Shown: positions 11,398 to 20,000, counted from the stretch's first letter. The stretch: DNA of 20,000 nucleotides from Chiloscyllium plagiosum (GCF_004010195.1 NC_057750.1:4273974-4293973); one strand, 5' to 3'. Translations and numbers: made by a program. The notes: generated from the letters alone by a model not told the origin.

Positions 11398-11826
11398 ATT
11401 TTTGAAATGTAGTCACTGTTGTAATGTAGGTTAAAGCAGCTGCCGATCTGTACTAAGTAAGATCCCACAAACAGCAGTGAGATAATTGACCAAGTAACCA
11501 ATGTTGTCGTAGTACAAGTTGAGGAGAACTGGTCAAGGCACCTGGAGAACCTGATCTTAGAGTGATGCCATCAGCAATGTTTCTTGCATGTGGAAGGCAG
11601 GCTTGGTTTAATAAAGACTTCATACAAAACTCATTTACTTCTCTTTATCCAGTGAAACTAACTAACATGTGAAAAACATTCACCTTCAAAAGATGACACC
11701 TTTGACAGTGCAGTTCCCCCACCACTGTGCTGCACTGGGATGTTGGCCTAGATTACTGCAAGGCTTTGAAGTGGAGTTTGAACCCCGGGTTTCTGACAGA
11801 CAGCAGAATGCTCTGCACTGAGCTAA
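11398..11826 (-). mobile_element. Deu-domain SINE (SacSINE1/AmnSINE1-like), degenerate
   Basis: aagatcccacaaacagcagtgagata and aaaagatgacacctttgacagtgcag...tgcactggga match the reverse complement of the recalled Deu-SINE consensus. A tRNA-like end (gtggagtttgaaccc...cactgagcta) is present. Confidence 0.72.
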
Positions 11827-11914
11827 GACTGAGAATCTTCAGAAAAGACATGAAACAAAAAGGGGTCTCCCAACAGGATTTGCCAATGATAACTCTGTTT
11901 CTTCTTTCCACCAG

Positions 11915-12044
11915 TCCAGAGAGCTGTCTCCCTGTTCTCGCTGACCGATGCATCTATTGGATCAGAGGTTGGACCGGCATATCCTGTACATATGCATAAT
12001 ACCCTGGAGCGACAGTCCTCACCCCGTGTACCACATATTTTAAG
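11915..12044 (+). CDS. SIPA1L3: Internal coding exon of SIPA1-like protein 3
   Basis: tttcttctttccaccAG acceptor ends at 11914; GTAGTT donor at 12045. Reads VQRAVSLFSLTDASIGSEVGPAYPVHMHNTLERQSSPRVPHIL, compared with recalled SIPA1L3 VQRAVSLFSLND...PVHSHLSLER. Phase 1 to 2. This frame is not in the ORF track. Confidence 0.92.
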
Positions 12045-12171
12045 GTAGTTGCTTTTATCCTTGTGATCTCCCAATGCTGTGTCTAATATGTAGCCTGGAT
12101 CAAGATGTGAGAGGGCAATCTTATTTCTCCGACTACGTACTAGATATACCTCACTGCTTCATATGATATAA

Positions 12172-14420
12172 ACATAGAAACGGAAACATAAGAACAGGAG
12201 TAGATCAATGCTCCACGATTCATTATATGAAGAGGCACAAGAAACCAGAATCTGAAGAGCACAGCAATTTGAAGGGCTATGAGGTTGATGAAATTACGGA
12301 GACTTGAAGTGGCAAGGCAGAAGGGGAGTTGAACAAAGATGAGAATTTGAATTGAGGTATTGCTCAGACAGGCATGTTGGCCTTCAGTTTACTCTTTCAG
12401 AATAAATATATTTTTTGGATTGTTTGCCGCATCCTCTTGGTCCTCAATGGTTTCTCCTGTAACTGTAGACTCTCGCCCCTAGTTCTGGACTCCCAACCAT
12501 CAGGAACATCTTCCTGCATCTCCATCTCTAATCCTGTTAGAATTTCATAGGTTTCTGAGATTCCCCTTCATTCTTCTGAGCTCCAGTGAGTATAACCCTA
12601 ACCTTTCCTCATATGTCAGTCCTGTTATCCCAGGTATCAGTCTGGTAAACCTTTGCTGCACTCTATCTATTCTGGGCGGCACGGTGGCACAGTGGTTAGC
12701 ACTGTTGCCTTACAGCGCCAGAGACCCGGGTTCAATTCCCGCCTCTGGCGACTGTGTGGAGTTTGCACATTCTCCCCGCGTCTGCGTGGGTTTCCTCCGG
12801 GTGCTCCGGTTTCCTCCCACAGTCCAAAGATGTGCAGGTCAGGTGAATTGGCCATGCTAAATTGCCCGTAGTGTTAGGTAAGGGGTAAATGTAGGGGTAT
12901 GGGTGGGTTGCGCTTTGGCGGGTCAGTGTGGACTTGTTGGGCCGAAGGGCCTGTTTCCACACTGTATTGTAATCTAAAATCTACACCAAGAACATCCATC
13001 CTCCTGTCAGGAGATGAAAACTGCACAAACTATTTCAGGTGTAATCTCACCAAGGCTCTGTATATTTGCAACAAAATGTCCCTGCTCCTTCACAGTAATC
13101 TTTTCATTACGAAGGCTAACATGCCATTTGTTGCCCTTACTGCCTGCTGCACCTGCTTCCTTGCCTTCCATGATTGATGTATGAGGACACCCAGATCTCA
13201 TTGCACATTCCCATCTCTCAATTTAGTGCCAATCATATAATCTGCAATGCTTCGGTGAATCACGGCACAAACTGGAGTCTGTTCTTCCCAGTCTGGTAGT
13301 TAGGCACACCATTGTTCTGCTATTCTCACATTCCAATCACTTAATCCTTTCTCTCCCAGCACTCCAACCCAATCTGTATGGTACACCATTAGTCACCACC
13401 TGCCATTCCTGAAAAGACCCCTTTAATCCTATTCTTCATTCCTGTCTGTCAACCAATTTTCTATCCATCTCTAAGCACTGTCCACAATCCCGTTCATTTT
13501 AATTTTACACTTTTAATTTTAATCTATTGTGGGATTTTCAGAAGGTTTTCAACAAAGTCCACATAAACCACATCCACTGGCTCCCCCTGAGCAATTCTGC
13601 TAGTTACATCTTTGAAGAATTTTGTATTTGTCAAGTGTGATTTCCCTTTCATAAATCCATGCTGACTGTGTGATTCTACCACTGCCTTCTAAGTGCACTG
13701 CTACGAAAACTATCATAATGAACTCGAGCATCTTCCCCACTACCATCCGGTTGACTGGCCTATAATTCTCAGTTTTCTTTCTGCCTCCCTTCTTAAACGG
13801 AGAGGTTACATTAACTACTGAAGTACTCTGGAATATAGATTATCAGACCCTGAGGATTTGTCAGCCTCCAATCCCATCAATTTCCCAACACCATTTCCCG
13901 AATACAGATTTCCTTCAGTTCTTCCCTCTCACTAAACCCTGCAATCCCCAACATTTTTGGTATATTATTTGTCCTTCTTTGTGAATGCAGAACCAAAGGC
14001 CGTATTTAGTTGGTCAGCCATTCTTTATTCTTCATTATGAATTCCCCTTTCTGACTACAGGAGACCGACTGTGTCTTCATCAACCTTCTCTTCACACCTT
14101 GGGGAAAGATTTTAGTCAGTTATTTTTAAGTTCCTTGCAAGCCTTCTCTCATGCACTGTCTTCCCATTCTTAATCAATCCCTTTGTCCTCCTTTGAATTC
14201 TAAACTGCTCCCATTCCTCAGATCTGATGTTTTCTTTTCTCTAGCCAATTTATAGGCCTCTTTCTTGGATCTTCTGTCTCCAATTCCCTTTGAGAGCCAT
14301 GGTTTGGACTAGCTTTTCCTTTCAGCTTTACGCCAGACATGAATGAGCAATTGTTACATTTTATCCAAGAGCTTTTTGAATGTTTACCATTGACCTTCCA
14401 CATTACTTAATGTTCCCCAA
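12172..14420 (-). mobile_element. Decayed CR1 LINE (ORF2 RT region and 3' end) with a nested L2-like piece (~12225-12375) and an HE1 SINE
   Basis: catagaaa-type tail at 12172. The minus strand at 13554-13586 encodes GEPVDVVYVDF (CR1 RT motif). Many stops and indels. Boundaries approximate. Confidence 0.82.
12674..12983 (+). mobile_element. Full-length, young HE1-type V-SINE
   Basis: Highly similar to 11017-11340, with A and B boxes, V domain and aatcta tail. Inserted within CR1 sequence. Confidence 0.95.
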
Positions 14421-14559
14421 TCCAAAAATGCAACCACGTCGACCTTTATTGTCTACAGTGCTTCTTTGGTACATTCTTGAGGTGCTTGTTATCCATCCCT
14501 CACAGCTGTTATTTTAATTCACTCGCATGAGTTCTCAGGCGCTCACTCAGAATTGCGCG

Positions 14560-14730
14560 CTCTTGCTATGCCTTCCCCATTCCCTTAAGATGTTCCTTGA
14601 AACCTAGCTGTTCTATTGCAATGTTGTACTTTTTCTGTCTCTCATTCTTATGGAGCACTGTTATTTCCCTTTTACAATTCTCTGAGAAGTGCCTTGGAAC
14701 ATCTTATGATGAAATTGTTGTACAGGTTGT
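14560..14730 (+). mobile_element. Possible L2-type 3' tail remnant
   Basis: cccttaagatgttccttgaaaccta...ctgagaagtgccttggaacatctta resembles the L2 tail. Confidence 0.4.
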
Positions 14731-15217
14731 GACTCAGGAATGAGATACAATTGAAACATTTCAATAAAACAATATGCAGTCTGCGATTAATATCTATCAG
14801 ATAAACATTTATTAATATCTAAAGTATAATAACATTACTGGATCTGAACCCATCCTCCAGCAGAGTCAATATTGAATCACTGAAGTATTGGAAGTGAGAG
14901 TGCAAATTAATTTGGGGAAGGTGATTTAGAGCTGGTGTAATTTGCAGAAACTGTCAGTTAAGTCAATGAAATAGTTGCTTTTAGTCCTCCAACAGGTCAC
15001 TTCAGTCAGTTAAAAGCTCAGGTCATTGCAGAATTTATTTTCCATTGGCAGTTAGCTTCCGTGTTAGTTACAAAGTGAGTCCTAGCTTAGAACTTCAGTA
15101 AGCAGCGATTGAGGTTAATGTGTGGAATTTGGTATTTACAGCTCTTTTTCTGTGGGCAGTATGATATTGTTTATCTAGAGAAAGTGCATTGTATGGAAAT
15201 AGCGAATTAACCGGTTG

Positions 15218-15246
15218 GTGTGTGTGTGTGCGCATGTGTGCATGCG
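15218..15246. repeat. (GT)n-based 29-nt alternating purine-pyrimidine tract
   Basis: gtgtgtgtgtgtgcgcatgtgtgcatgcg alternates R/Y strictly. Confidence 0.85.
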
Positions 15247-15914
15247 GTGGGGAAGTGGGATCTGACTGGTTTATCAAACCTAGCCCACAGAGCACGGTGA
15301 CTGCAGCATCACCATCACATTGCCCCTGAATTCCTCTTCCTACCTAACTGAGAGAGGTCCAAAATAAAAACGTTGGAGGGAGGGAGAGGAATCTTTGGAG
15401 CAATTCCCCTCCAACTGCTGAAAGCTAGTGGAGAAGTTTCTCAAGTGTCGGCTGGCTGTTCCGCTGTAGAAGGCTGTCAGAGCTAGGCATAACCTCGCCC
15501 TCTGTCGTCTGGCTAAACATTCCCCCCACCCATTGGGAGTGGGCATCCTGACTGACCTTGCTGTTTCCTATCTCCCTCTCATAGGGAGTAGACTAACATT
15601 AACAACATTTCACACAGCAGTGACCTTCACCCCTGCTCCATAAGACTGCGCACCCATTATCACATTCAAATTGGGCCTTGGGAAACATTTACAAACTCTA
15701 CACACTGTAAAGAGTGGGCTTTTTTGTTTGAGGGAAGAAAACTTCTCTGTGGCAGATGTATCTCTCCTCAAGTGTCACTGAAACACAGCAGCCAATTTGT
15801 ATTCAGGAAGCTGTCTCAAACTACAATGCTATATTGACCAGATCACACTTGCTAATGATGTGGTGGACAAATACTAACCAGAGAGATGTCTCCTCCTCTT
15901 TGAAACAGTTTTTT

Positions 15915-16070
15915 TTAGATTAGATTAGATTACTTACAGTGTGGAAACAGGCCCTTCGGCCCAACGAGTCCACANNNNNNNNNNNNNNNNNNNNNNNNNN
16001 NNNNNNNNNNNNACCCGGGTCTCTGGCGCTGTGAGGCAGCAGTGCTAACCACTGTGCCACCGTGCCGCCC
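15915..16070 (-). mobile_element. Young HE1-type V-SINE with its centre lost in an assembly gap
   Basis: (TTAGA)n tail and 3' part at 15915-15974, head at 16013-16070, with N run between. Confidence 0.93.
15975..16012. other. Assembly gap (38 N)
   Basis: Run of n characters. Confidence 0.99.
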
Positions 16071-16510
16071 ACAACCCCCGTTCTAGGTGATATTTTAAAG
16101 TCAGCCTGAGAGGACAGAAGAGGTGCTGGTTAATATATCCTCCTAAAGGTATCACCACTGACAGTACAGCACTTTGATACGGAGGATCCAACTGGATTTC
16201 ATGAAAACTTTGGAGTGGGGCGTGAACCTACAACATGTACTAACGTTATTTTGTCACAACAGGAGGCCATTCAGCTCCTCCTATTCTGCCACTCAATAAG
16301 ATCATGGCTCATCTGATGTGTAACCCCAATCAGCATTCCTGACCAGCCCCTGTCACCTTTCCTAGAAGACACTGTATCCTCAGAAAACTTTGACCTCCTC
16401 TCTAAAGGTCAAGGATGGCCCTTGACTTTTTAACAAGTGATGCCCAAAATTCTGGATTTTCACACAAAAGGAAACATCGTCTCCACATCCACCCAATCAA
16501 GACCCTTCAG

Positions 16511-17018
16511 AACAGGACGCCTTCTTGCGGATCATTTCAGAGAATATTTCTGGGACACCTGCACCCACCAACCCCACTGCCCCATTGCTGAACACTTGAA
16601 CTCTCCCTCCCACTCCATCAAGGACATGCAGATCCTGGGCCTTCTCCACCGCCAAATCGTTATCACCCAATGCCTGGAGGAGGAACACCTCATTCCGTCT
16701 TGGGACCCTGCAACCACACGGGATCAATGTGGATTTCAACAGCTTCTTCATTTCCCCTCCCCCCACATTATCCCAGTCCCAAGCCTCCAACTCTGCACTG
16801 CCCTCCAGAGCCATCCATCACTGTGCCCTCTGACCTATCAGCTTCTCCCTCACCTTTATCCACCTATCGCTTTCCCAGCTACCACCCCTCAAACCCACGC
16901 CCTCCCATTTATCTCTCAGCCCCAACCCACAAGCCTCCTTTCTGATGAAGGACTAATGCCCAAAACATCAATTCTCCTGCCCCTCGGAAGCTGCCTGACC
17001 TGCACCACACTCTCGACT
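16511..17018 (+). mobile_element. 5'-truncated Penelope-like retroelement: GIY-YIG endonuclease C-terminal remnant plus 3' terminal repeat
   Basis: TGRLLADHFREYFWDTCTHQPHCPIAEHLNSPSHSIKDMQILGL...LEEEHLI resembles the PLE GIY-YIG (TGR.L..RF.EH...VA.HFN...H...E), with a frameshifted LGTLQPHGINVDF. A pyrimidine-rich UTR and a decayed hammerhead motif follow. Confidence 0.85.
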
Positions 17019-17324
17019 CCTTCAGCACCTTTATATGTTTCGATCAAGTCACCTCTTGCTTTTCCAAACTCCAGTGGTTACAAGCCCAACTTGGTCCAAA
17101 ATCCCCTTATCAAACCAACCCTGCCCGCTCCCAATTCCAGGAATTAGTCTTGTTAACTCTCTCTGAACTATCCCATACATATTTACATCCATCCATAAGC
17201 AAAGTGACCAAACCACACACTACTCCAGATGCAGTCATACCAGAGCCCCGTATAACTGAAACAAGACCTTGCTATTGTAGTCGACTCCCCTTGGGATAAA
17301 TAATAGCATTCTATGAGCTTTCCT

Positions 17325-17662
17325 GATTCGATTAGATTAGATTCCTTACAGTGTGGAAACACGCCCTTCAGCCCAACCAGTCCACACCGACCCTCCAAAG
17401 AGTAACCCACCCAGACCTATTTCCCTCCGACAAATGCACCTTACACTATGGGCAATTTAGCATGGCCAATTCACCACGGCCAATTCACCTGACCTGCACA
17501 GTCTTTGGACTGTGGGAGGAAACCAGAGCACCCAGAGGAAACCCACGCAGACACTGGGAGAATGTGCAAACTCCACACAGACAGTCGCCCAAGATTGGAA
17601 TCGAATCTGGGACCCTGGTGCTGTGAGGCAGCAGTGCTAACCACTGAGCTACCATGCCGCCC
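17325..17662 (-). mobile_element. Full-length HE1-type V-SINE
   Basis: (GATTA)n tail, V domain and a head ending catgccgccc. Contains an internal 14-nt tandem duplication at 17461-17488. Confidence 0.93.
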
Positions 17663-17814
17663 CTAATTTACTTGCTGTACCTTTCTACTGATATTTTGGT
17701 TTGTGCACAAGGACACCCAGATCCCTCTGCATCTCAGCTCAGCGATCTCCCGTTTAGATGGCATGCTTTTCCTTTCTGTTTTTATGCCAAAATGGACAAC
17801 TTCACAATTTCAAC

Positions 17815-17955
17815 CAAAAGAACGGTGGGTGCAGGAAACCCGGAAACAAAAGCAGAAACTGCTGAAAAAGCTCAGCAGGTCTGGCAGCATCTGTGGAGAG
17901 AAATCAGAGTTAACATTACGGGTCGGAATGGGTCAGTTCTGAGCTTTTCCAGTGA
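17815..17955 (-). mobile_element. Penelope-derived terminal-repeat or foldback fragment
   Basis: ctgaaaaagctcagcaggtctggcagcatctgtggagagaaatcagagttaac is the reverse complement of the right arm type at 5995-6090. A short residual arm ctgagcttttccag is at ~17939-17952. Confidence 0.7.
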
Positions 17956-18098
17956 CTTCCCAATTTCCCTCCTCCTCCATTCGCCACATTTTGAACCTTT
18001 ATCATCTTGTTGCCGCCTTGTATCCTCTTCACAGCTTCTTAAAATCAACAGCAAATTTGGCAGTTGTACCCTCGGCTTCTTCATCTAAGAGGCATGGT

Positions 18099-18406
18099 GG
18101 GCGGCACGGTGGCTCAATGGTTAGCACTGATGCCTCACAGCGCTAAGGACCCGGCTTCAATTCCAGCCTCGGGCGACTGTGCAAACTCCACACAGACATT
18201 CTCCCCGTGTCTGTGTGGGGTTTCCTCCGGGTGCTCCGGTTTCCTCCCACAGTCATGCAGGTTAGGTGAATTGGCCATGCTAAATTGCCCATAGTGTTGG
18301 GTGCAGGGGAATGGGTCTGGGTGGGTTGCTTTTCGGAGGGTCGGTGTGGACTTATTGGGCCGAAGGGCCTGTTTCCACACTGTAGGGACTCTAATCTAAT
18401 CTAATC
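18099..18406 (+). mobile_element. HE1-type V-SINE with an internal micro-inversion
   Basis: gggcggcacggtggctcaatggttagc head, V domain and (CTAAT)n tail. Confidence 0.93.
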
Positions 18407-19055
18407 ATTTGTATAAATTGTTAACAAGTGAGGTCCCAGCACCAGCATCTGTGACACATGGGTCAGTACGTCTTACTAATGTGAAAAAGACATGTTTATG
18501 CCTACTCTTGGTTTCCTGTTAGCCAATCTTCGATCCGTGCCAGTATGTTACCCTGCACTTTTATTCTCAGCAATAACCTTTTGAGTCACTTTGAAATGTT
18601 TTGTGTAAGTCTAAGAACAATGGTTCCCTTTATCCATAGCTTCTCAAAGAACTGCAAAGAAGTGGTCACACATGATTTTTCTTTTGCGAAACCGTGCTAG
18701 CTCTGTTTGATTACTGTGAATGTAAAGCCGAGCACTTCATTAATATCTTCATTAACAGCTTCTAACATTTTCCCTGTGTTAGGCCTCTCATTTTTGCTTT
18801 CTATCTCCAAATCAAAGGAGTCTTGAAATATTAAAACCAGTGCATTGACTCGTTTATTAGTCACTTATTTTCAGACCTTGGTTGAAGTTCATTGAGACCC
18901 AGGTAACTGTCAACCTACATCTCCAATAATTTACTCAGTACCACTTCTCTGGGGATTGATTTTCCTGCGTTCCTCCCTCCCTTCCATTTCCTGATTTAGA
19001 AAACGGGTGAGCTACCCACTGTTCGACCTTTTAATGAGCATCCTTTCTGTTACAG

Positions 19056-19137
19056 TGATGAGCCAGCTTTGGCACTAACTGGGAAAGTCTACCAGCTTGA
19101 AATCCAATTGAAGCAACTCCAGGATGATCTGCTGAAG
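19056..19137 (+). CDS. SIPA1L3: Probable penultimate coding exon of SIPA1-like protein 3 (start of C-terminal coiled coil)
   Basis: ttctgttacAG acceptor ends at 19055; GTGAGA donor at 19138. Reads SDEPALALTGKVYQLEIQLKQLQDDLLK, compared with recalled SIPA1L3 SEEPPLDLTGKVYQLEVMLKQLHTDLQK. Phase 2 to 0. Confidence 0.94.
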
Positions 19138-19184
19138 GTGAGAGATGCTCCTGCCACATTTTTATTAAAAATTAATCTGTGGAT

Positions 19185-19380
19185 CACTGATGTCACTGGC
19201 AAGGGTAGCAGTTATTACCCAGCCTTTAAGAATTGGGGGGGGGGTAGAACTGATAGCCTTGATGGGCAACCTCAGGTCAGCCACATGGGTGCGGTGTCTG
19301 TGCCAATGCTGGACTGGGTAAAACTGTTAGGATTCCTTCACAAAAGTCCCAGCCTTTTATTCCTTAGTAGCCTGAACAAT
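19185..19380 (-). mobile_element. Fragment of the same SINE family as 6810-7412
   Basis: tgtcactggcaagggtagcagttattacccagcc...ggactgggtaaaactgttaggattccttc parallels the 6810-7180 blocks. Confidence 0.5.
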
Positions 19381-19596
19381 GAGTGAAATGCTGCCCACTG
19401 TGATTTGTGTTCCCATCACAGCAAGTCATTTTAAGGAGTGATTTCAAAGTAAACAGTTCTTCTGTTGTTACAGAGACGGAGGTTTTCATGGGTGGTTTAG
19501 TAATGAAGAAGTGTTTGGTGTGAGAAGGGAGGCTTAAGTCTTCTGGTTGCAGGATTATCAACTTCAAATTGACAAGGGATTTTGGGAAAGTTCAAA

Positions 19597-19803
19597 TACA
19601 GGTTGTTCCTGCTATAACACACACTTTGTTAATGTGAATTCGCTGTAATGGCATTGACGAATTGGGGACACAGTTTCTAAAGCAAACGCTTTAAAAGGGT
19701 GTGTTAGATTATAACGTGATTCCGGCCCCATTAGTTTAAACAGTGCTGCTATTATGCAAGTTTTTTAAAAACATGGGATTGAACGAGAATAGAACTACTG
19801 CGC
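19597..19803. mobile_element. Tigger/pogo-like (Tc1-mariner) MITE with the right end missing
   Basis: Begins TA-CAGGTTGTTCCTGCTATAAC (TA target plus CAG-initiated terminus) and has internal tataacg-like subrepeats. No matching right TIR before the minisatellite starts. Confidence 0.6.
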
Positions 19804-19957
19804 TCTGTGCGGAGGGGGAAGCAAACGCTTTAAAAGGGTGTGTTAGATTATAACGTGATTCCGGCCCCATTAGTTTAAACAGTGCTGCTATTATGCAAGT
19901 TTTTTAAAAACATGGGATTGAACGAGAATAGAACTACTGCGCTCTGTGCGGAGGGGG
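19680..19957. repeat. Perfect 139-bp tandem duplication
   Basis: 19680-19818 and 19819-19957 appear identical by eye. Confidence 0.95.
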
Positions 19958-20000
19958 GGCCGTCTGGATCGCTCTGTGCGGAGGGGGGCCCATCTGGATC
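19940..20000. repeat. GC-rich 30-bp minisatellite, probably running off the window end
   Basis: Two units of cgctctgtgcggagggggg(g/c)cc(g/a)tctggat, plus a partial unit at 19801-19818. Confidence 0.85.

Larger units (their letters stand above)
15770..16234 (-). mobile_element. Deu-domain SINE, degenerate, interrupted by an HE1 SINE
   Basis: gcagccaatttgt...tgaccagat before the insertion and cctgagaggacag...ctgacagtacagcact...tggagtggggcgtgaacc after it are colinear with 11398-11826. Confidence 0.65.
16250..19005 (-). mobile_element. Decayed CR1 LINE split by four later insertions
   Basis: Tail caacaggaggccattcagc at ~16257. CR1-like blocks at ~16250-16510, 17019-17324, 17663-17810, 17960-18090 and 18407-19005 are broadly colinear with the CR1 at 12172-14420. 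Confidence 0.72.

Noticed and set aside
15340..15546. Minus-strand ORF containing SKDSSPSL, reminiscent of SIPA1L1 SKDSSPTL
   Set aside because: Wrong strand, an 8-residue low-complexity match, and exons 12044 and 19056 already join in frame.
16437..17147. 236-aa ORF as a novel gene
   Set aside because: It spans antisense CR1, a frameshifted Penelope endonuclease remnant and a C-rich UTR, so it is a chance chimera.
2192..18380. Recurrent ORFs with GNLAWPIHL, GELAMLNCP or LWEETGAPGG peptides as a protein family
   Set aside because: All are translations of non-coding HE1 SINE copies.
19680..20000. CRISPR-like array
   Set aside because: The repeats are head-to-tail with no unique spacers, in a vertebrate intron.

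Overview
Vertebrate genomic DNA, almost certainly from a cartilaginous fish (shark), as judged by abundant HE1-type V-SINEs and CR1/HER1-like LINE tails. The window covers five internal coding exons (+ strand) near the 3' end of a SIPA1-like RapGAP gene, best matching SIPA1L3. They splice in frame with GT-AG introns: 3181-3346, 4259-4466, 5738-5884, 11915-12044 and 19056-19137. The upstream exons and the final exon lie outside the window. The introns are a nested pile of retroelements: eight HE1 V-SINE copies, CR1 and L2 LINE fragments, two Deu-domain (SacSINE1/AmnSINE1-like) SINEs, a second tRNA-SINE family, a truncated Penelope-like element with GIY-YIG remnants, several Penelope-derived foldback hairpins and a Tigger/pogo-like MITE. 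Most tracked ORFs are spurious or repeat-derived. The most notable observations are: (1) a minimal hammerhead-ribozyme motif on the sense strand of the pre-mRNA at ~1792-1833, linked by sequence to the Penelope 3' end; (2) a set of related foldback elements; (3) two clean 15-nt micro-inversions between short inverted repeats; (4) inverted SINE pairs around exons; and (5) a perfect 139-bp duplication at a MITE/minisatellite junction. Family names come from recalled consensus sequences, not database searches. I cannot demonstrate a wholly new biological system.
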